Part shown: piece by piece, positions 57,891-64,000 of the stretch
How the letters are laid out: every line of letters starts with the position of its first letter
Position numbering within the stretch: the stretch's first letter is position 1
DNA from: Pseudogymnoascus verrucosus
Lineage: Eukaryota
Assembly (NCBI GenBank): GCA_001662655.1
Contig: KV460226.1
Length of the DNA: 64,000 bases
Strand: one strand, 5' to 3'
Made by a program: the position numbers and the translations under genes
Notes under the pieces: generated by a model
Databases searched by the model: none
What the model was told of the DNA's origin: nothing
The model's input: only the letters and a program-made list of their open reading frames with translations

Positions 57891-59604
57891 CTATCCCGCA
57901 GCTGTGACGCAGTTGTCCGAATCAAGCTGGTCTTTTGCCATGACCGCACTGCCAGTCTTCTCCTTCTAGGAGGAGTTTTCAACATCCGGAGAACTCAAGG
58001 AGTTCCTTCCTTTGTCGAATATGGCATCGATCTCTTCAAGAGTTTTGCCTTTCGTCTCAACCTAGAACAGTACCTGCGACAGCGTTAATGTCGAAAATAA
58101 GCAAGTAGACTTGACAACTTACCACAATAAGGAGTATGATGATATCCCAGCTTCCGTTGATGATGTACATCTTCCAGCCAATGTTCTGCAGCGCAATAGG
58201 CATGATGAACACAAGCAAGAGTCTGCTTAATGAATTAGCACGGACTAGCTGAAACGAACAACAGGGGACTTACGTCAGGCTACTCAGCATCAATGAAGAA
58301 AAAGCTAGACCATTCGCTCGAATACCATAACTCATAATCTCAGTTGGATAGAGGTAAGTGACGGGGGTCCAAGCTAGGGAATAGCACCCCTAGAACAAGA
58401 ATATTACGGCCACGTTGCTATATATAAGGCTGTTCGACGTGCCATCCGGGCCATTGTCAGCGTAAATCTTCGCTAGACCTCCGATAATGAACAGACAGAC
58501 AATGAGCAAACTCTGGCCCGTGATAACCGTTGGACGCTGTCCCCAACTCGACACCAGAAACGTGCCAAACACGCAACAGACTAGACACCAAGAGTTTAGC
58601 ACAACATTGACATGCAGCTGGGTGCGACTGTCGGTGATGCCGGCGCTGGCGAGCTCCGGGCCTAGGTAGAAAAGCGCAATGAGGTTCCTAACCACGGTAG
58701 ACATGGGCCCAACAGACGATCCGATGAAAAACCTCCTGCGCACAACCGGATCCCTAACAATCTCCCGGATGGAGCTCCTGCGTTCCTTCTCTAGCGCCAG
58801 AGAATCCAGAATCTCCTGGTAGATCGCAACTACCATCGGGTCAGCCACATCACCGTCCGCATTCCCCTGCGCAACGGCGAGGCGAGCTGCATCCGCGTAG
58901 CCCTGATACTGCAGCCACCGAGGACTCTCCGGCACAAACGGCAGGATAAGAATGCAGCACAACGAGAATACCCCCTAGATGAGCGACGGCGCGCGCTACG
59001 CCTAGGTGGACGTCTACGAACCGGTCCCGAGGGTGATGCCCGCCGCGAGGATTGCGCCGATCCAGTAGAAGTCGTTGAGAGATCCCACGCCCTAGGCGCG
59101 GAAACGGTTATGGAAGGTCTCGGAAAGGTAGACGCCGCCGGCGATTCCGGACGCAGCGGCCCCGAAGCCGATGATAATGCGGCCGACGACGAACGTGGCG
59201 ATGTTTTGGGCGGATGTTTGAATTATTACACCGACTATAGCGATAAAGCTGCTCTAGAGCATGGCTGGTCTTCGACCGAGTCGGTCTGCTATTACTCCTG
59301 CAACCATAGGTCCGAGGATGCCGCCGATGAAGATGGAGGCTGTATTTAGACCCGTCGTTGCTGCAGTGAGTTTGAAATAGTCTATATATAAAGGCAGGAT
59401 GTTGAGTGCGTTCAGTAATGCAGTATCGTAGCCTACGGTCTGTATATGTGTTATTAAATAAGGTTTCATGCAAATGGTTAAAATGGGTTTGATACATACA
59501 CATGATTGTATAAACGAGCACAAAATTAAGAGAACGGACAAGACCATAGTGGACTCTGGCACCCACGCGGGCAACCATGTCCCTGTCTCCGTTTTACGTA
59601 GCAT
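57891..59604 (-). pseudogene. MFS sugar porter (lactose permease/hexose transporter-like) pseudogene with nine in-frame TAG stops; three introns
   Basis: GYD, DRLGRR, GRIIIGFG, YLSE, PESPRWL, YPTEIM...RA.G, VETKGKTLEEID motifs; TAG at 59254, 59092, 59014, 59002, 58996, 58975, 58390, 58062, 57966. Confidence 0.92.
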
Positions 59605-60022
59605 CCTCAAGGTACTGCTTCTCGTCTCCAGCAGCGAGAGGCAAAAAAAAGGTGAAATGGTAAAAGAAATCGGCCGTGAATCCGTCGTTCCTGGAAAGTT
59701 TGCTACTAGAGGTTCTGTAGATGTTTGCTGTAATATACAGAGTAGAGAGTATAAACTATTAATTGTTTGTTAGTATACACATCGCAGTAATGCGACTTTA
59801 TAATACAGCTCCCTACTGTAAGCACATGCCTAGGTGTGCACTCACAGTAACGCTTACAAAGGATGCGGCGTACATGCATAAGCCAGCAAATACATGAGAC
59901 AATGCATGTTATCGAACCTGGAATTAGCACCGTCCAACAAACACACCGCCTGCATCTCTGATCCACATCCCGTTCTCCTCCGTTCCGCATCTCTTGCGAC
60001 CTCACCTCTAACCCACCACAAA

Positions 60023-60697
60023 ATGTCAGATGCGCCAGAAAGCATCGTCGAGTACGCCTACGACAACATCACCGAATGGTACCTGCAGTGGGTGGAGAAG
60101 CAGAAATCCCCGCGAGAAACATACACCAAGAAGCTCCTCGACGAGCTCCCGCCCTCCCCCTCGGTCCTCGACCTGGGCTGCGGCCCCGGCGTCCCCGTCC
60201 TGAAGATGCTTCTCGACCGGGGCGCGCAGGTGGTTGCAAATGACATCTCGACCAAGCAGATCGCCATGGCGCGGGCGCGCTTCCCGACCGCGACGCTAGT
60301 GGCGGGCGACATGACGGCACTGACGTTCGAGCCGGAGAGCTTCCACGGTGTGGTCAGCTTCTACACGCTGTTCCACCTGCCGCGGTCGAAGCTGAAGGCG
60401 ATGCTTACGAAGATCCATGGGTGGATGAAGCCGGGGGGTGTGTTGGTCTTTAATTTCGCTACTATCGACGAGGAGGAGATACACGGCGAGTTTATGGGGT
60501 ATGGGATGTTTTGGAGTAGTTTCGATGTGCAAGGGAATCGGGCATTGTTGAAGGATGTTGGGTTCGACTTGGTGCAGGTGGAAGTGTTGCAGGCGGGCGA
60601 TGGGAAATTAGAGGAGGGGAATCCAGACTTTGATGCCGAGTTCATGTGGGTGATGGCACGGAAGAAGACATCTGGAGTTGAAGGGTCTTCTACTTAA
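60023..60697 (+). CDS. Class I SAM-dependent methyltransferase, intronless
   Basis: MSDAPESIVEYAYD..., motif I VLDLGCGPG, ANDIS, GDM, FHGVVSFYTLFHLP, WMKPGG. Confidence 0.9.
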   Translation: MSDAPESIVEYAYDNITEWYLQWVEKQKSPRETYTKKLLDELPPSPSVLDLGCGPGVPVLKMLLDRGAQVVANDISTKQIAMARARFPTATLVAGDMTALTFEPESFHGVVSFYTLFHLPRSKLKAMLTKIHGWMKPGGVLVFNFATIDEEEIHGEFMGYGMFWSSFDVQGNRALLKDVGFDLVQVEVLQAGDGKLEEGNPDFDAEFMWVMARKKTSGVEGSST

Positions 60698-63455
60698 CCG
60701 GGCATGTTTCTACCTGGGTAGATATGTCCTCCATATGACACAAAAGAGAGTAATTTTTGCTCTTTCCTCTTGGTCTCCAAACTATTTCCCTCGAGTGAGC
60801 GTCCCATATGCGCGGCTACTATGGGGGCAGTTGAGAGCCTGGTTGGCCGCCACGTCTCCTCTACAAAGAAATGTCAAAACTGTTTGGTCAACATTGTGCA
60901 TAGCATCTAGACATTCAATAAAGCAACCTTGGAGGACTAAAAAGCCGCCTCTCTTTTTTTTGGTCCGTCGTCGAAACGGGCACGTTAGCAGCCAGCTGCT
61001 AACAAATTATGTTTGCTCTTCTGTCACCGCATGTGATCATAATGATATTGCTTACGCTCGATGATGCTTACTTCAAAGAGTTCCTCGCATTTCTGCTGAC
61101 GACCCTGAAACTTTTGTGGGCATGGAAGGGACGACAGTTGACTTAGTGTGGCATCAGGAATATTGTGAGCGGTCTGATGGACTGGAGTTCACTAGATTGA
61201 CAGCGGTAGAGCTTTCGAACGACTTGGAGCATCAACTAATTATCCATTCACTTTGATCTCTTCACTCACCCAGGTGCATCTTAGTCATGGCGTCGTTGCT
61301 AGTGCAGTTTCTCGTACTACTTGGATGTCTGCCTTGTGCCTCCTCAAGGCTGCTTGGCTCAGGATAGTAGGTCGGGATATCTTGTTTGGTTTGCCACTGG
61401 GGAGGACTTCCGAGTGGTGGTTCGCGTTCGCGTTCGCGTTTGCGATATCGGGGACGGGGGGGTGCGGGAGGAGGGGTTGTTGACGGGCAGGCAGGCAAGC
61501 AGACAGGGCAGGGAGGGGTGGGGATGAATGACGGGGATGACGATGGTTATGGGTGTGAATTGAGTACGGAATTGAGTATTCCATCCCCCCGTCACCTCGG
61601 CGAGCTAGTGTCATGATTTCCAATCCCCCTCTCTTCAGAAGACGTTTTGAGGGGTATCATCACGCGTGGCCTTATTGCTGTTACCCTCCCCGTTTGAGAT
61701 ACTGATTTTTGCCTCAATCCTGAGCCGGGAGGGCACGGCGATGATGACGACTATGCTATTCCTCCCGCCACCTCGGTGAGCTAGAGGGGGTGTTTTCGCT
61801 CCTTCAGAGGTTTGGGTTGGGTGTCTACGTCTGCTATCTTCACACAGGGTTGGTTTTGTTACCCCGCTCGGTTTGGGGTTGGTGTTTTGCCTCCTTTTTT
61901 CTCTTTCTTTCGGGTGAGGAATATCTGGCTTTGCCTGGCAGGCGGAGGTGATAGTTTTGGGAGTTGTAGAAAGTTACTGAGGGGTAGTGGGCGGAAGGTT
62001 GCCTGCCTATTCACGCTTTCCTTGGGGAGATTAGGCAGCATACCACTCCCACACACACAAACATACCCGTTACTCTACCATCTATCTAGCCTGGTTTTTC
62101 TGTTTGCTCTGATTTCGAGGCCAGTAACTGGTGACGCACCATTGGTTTACAACATGACAGGTGGAAGAACCTCCCCTTTTTCCAATCTCGGCGGGATTGT
62201 GTGGTTTATTCACCCTTCCATCCCGAGGCAAGTGTTTGCAAAGACAGGCAGCATAGCACACTTACTCTTCCACACTGTCACCGGGTTAGTTTGCCTGGTT
62301 CTGCCAAGGAGAGGGAGAAGGTTGCTAGGCTCTTCACAGCCAAGGAGGGGTAGGCAACACCAACAGGAGTGACACAGACAGAGAGTTCACGCTCCGAATC
62401 TCGGCGAGCTGCTGTTGGTGCTGGGTGACTCCTTATTCCCCCGCGGCGGCGATATGGACAAGTACACCCAAGTACCCCTCGCCACACGTTTCTTTTCGCT
62501 TTGCCATCCAGTGGTCGGCTGATTCACAGACCACGGACAAGTGTCCTTCTGTCTTGGAGGTTGGGAGGTGATCCCGTCCGGATCTCGGCGAGCTGCAGAT
62601 ATGTGTGTGAACTCCCGAAGTGACGTTTGTAAGACGGCAAATAACACGGATATGCAGATTTGCAGCTTTCTCCTTGCCACCCTTTTTTTCCTCGGCTTTG
62701 CAGGACAAAAGGTAGGTGGCCTTCTAGCTGATAGGGGGTTTCGATCTGTCCAGATCTCGGTAGTTAATGAAACGTGTTCTACTGTTACACACCATTTCTT
62801 TGCCACTTCTCACATCTGTGATTTCCCGCTTGCTTGCCACGATTTCCCACTTTCTCAACGGGAAATCGAATAATTGTCCTGGGTAGCTAGCGGGGAATTT
62901 CAGATCATGGGAAGTTATCAGCTTGAAAATTAGTGCGTCACGCCGCTAGTGCGGACCTCCGGGTGTCATAGTTGAAAATGTGAGAACTTTGGTGAGGCTT
63001 AAAAGTTTGGTGCGAGGCTAGCGAGCGCCCCGTCTCTTCTGCACAGAAATGAGGCCAATGTCGAAAATAGACCCGAGTAAGCATATCAGGCATCTTGTGG
63101 TCAGAGATACTCGGTATCGGTAGTGTTAACTGAATATGTGTGCTCTGAAATGTGCATTTTAACTGCGAGACTCATGTGTTTTTCGTTGTCTGCTGTTGAG
63201 TGCGGTTGTTAGGGGTCCGGCGGCGCGATGTATGTAAACTAGGGTTCGGCGAAGTAGTTAGAATGGAGATGCATCGTCCTATAAGTTAGGACGAGAATGT
63301 AGGAGTCTATAAAAGGAATTGAAGGTTTTGTTTCTCTACTTTTGGTAATATATTTTAATTTCTCTTTGTGGTATTTCCGAAAATATAATTTTCCGGATTC
63401 TCAAATTTCTCATATCGACTTCCAACTTTCCAACCCTCATAATCACGATCGGACG

Positions 63456-64000
63456 ATGGAACATTCGGATGAAACAGGGCTCCCCTCGAGCAACCCCTCA
63501 AGCAACTCATCCCAGCTCGAAGATACTGCTGAACCACAACAAGAGCCACCGAAGCTAGCCTACAAAACTCTCTCCTATCATCAAATGAAAGCCGCCGCCG
63601 AGAGAGAAGCGCGCGAATACATGGCCAGCTGGCCCATGAACGATCGCGCCGCGAAGAACATACCACTCCATGGCTCCATAATTGGTCTACTCCGTGATAT
63701 TAATGATCCGATTAGCTTCAACGCTCTGGTAGTGATGCGGAAATCGATTGAATATCGCATGAACCAGGTGATGGGGGCGGCAACGATGTATAAGGATTTT
63801 TGGGGTATCGATGTACCGGATTGTCATCAGGTCAACGTTGATGCTGGCGGTTGGTCTGCAGAAGCATTCCGCTGGGCGTGCAGGTACGCCTTGTTCGATG
63901 AGCCGGGTAGCTTGCAAGGCCATCGGTATGTTAAGGGGTCTATGTATATGGCATACTGTATAACCGAAGCTGGTTGGGACCAAGCTGAAGCGGAAGCTAA
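63456..64000 (+). CDS. Hypothetical protein, 3'-incomplete; carries the same unknown domain as gene 225-2637
   Basis: Open frame from ATG 63456 to the window end: MEHSDETG...AAEREAREYMASWP...IEYRMNQVMGAATMYKDFWGIDVPDCHQVNV...YALFDEPG...YVKGSMYMAYCITEAGWDQAEAEA; TATAAAA at ~63308. Confidence 0.8.
   Translation, partial: MEHSDETGLPSSNPSSNSSQLEDTAEPQQEPPKLAYKTLSYHQMKAAAEREAREYMASWPMNDRAAKNIPLHGSIIGLLRDINDPISFNALVVMRKSIEYRMNQVMGAATMYKDFWGIDVPDCHQVNVDAGGWSAEAFRWACRYALFDEPGSLQGHRYVKGSMYMAYCITEAGWDQAEAEA

Noticed and set aside
57891..59604. Stop-codon reassignment or A-to-I rescue as the explanation of the TAGs
   Set aside because: TAGs replace both Trp and Gln positions (editing cannot restore Gln), and intact genes here (porin, J-protein, ATX1, PTC5) terminate at TAG.
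1..64000. Autonomous transposon, Starship captain or secondary-metabolite backbone gene
   Set aside because: No transposase, reverse transcriptase, integrase, tyrosine recombinase, PKS or NRPS motifs recognised in the frames examined.

Overview
Intron-containing fungal (filamentous ascomycete) genomic DNA with short GT-AG introns and CTAAC-type branch sites; resemblance to Leotiomycetes such as Pseudogymnoascus is an impression only. Core genes: mitochondrial J-domain protein, VDAC porin, histidine phosphatase (Shb17-like), secreted DPBB/Asp f 7-like protein, cytochrome-less cellobiose dehydrogenase-type GMC oxidoreductase, Efm6-like methyltransferase, Axl2-like cadherin-domain protein, aldo-keto reductase, SH3-RasGEF (Cdc25-like), tRNA-Ala(AGC), Ptc5-like PP2C, Rqc1/TCF25, Atx1 and a SAM methyltransferase. 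Less ordinary content: (1) a ~171-bp-period array of palindromic units with variable spacers at 12.0-13.2 kb; (2) an unrecognised ~140-aa domain present twice in the first gene and again in an ORF running off the right end (absent from the ORF track); (3) two non-transposon genes (GT32 glycosyltransferase, MFS sugar porter) killed by CpA->TpA (RIP-type) nonsense changes; (4) an NLR-type N-terminal domain fused to a ubiquitin-like domain via an (SSL)n microsatellite; (5) repeated sharp C-rich->G-rich strand-skew switches independent of gene orientation; (6) a dimeric ~88-bp minisatellite. All family calls are from motif recognition; no searches were run.
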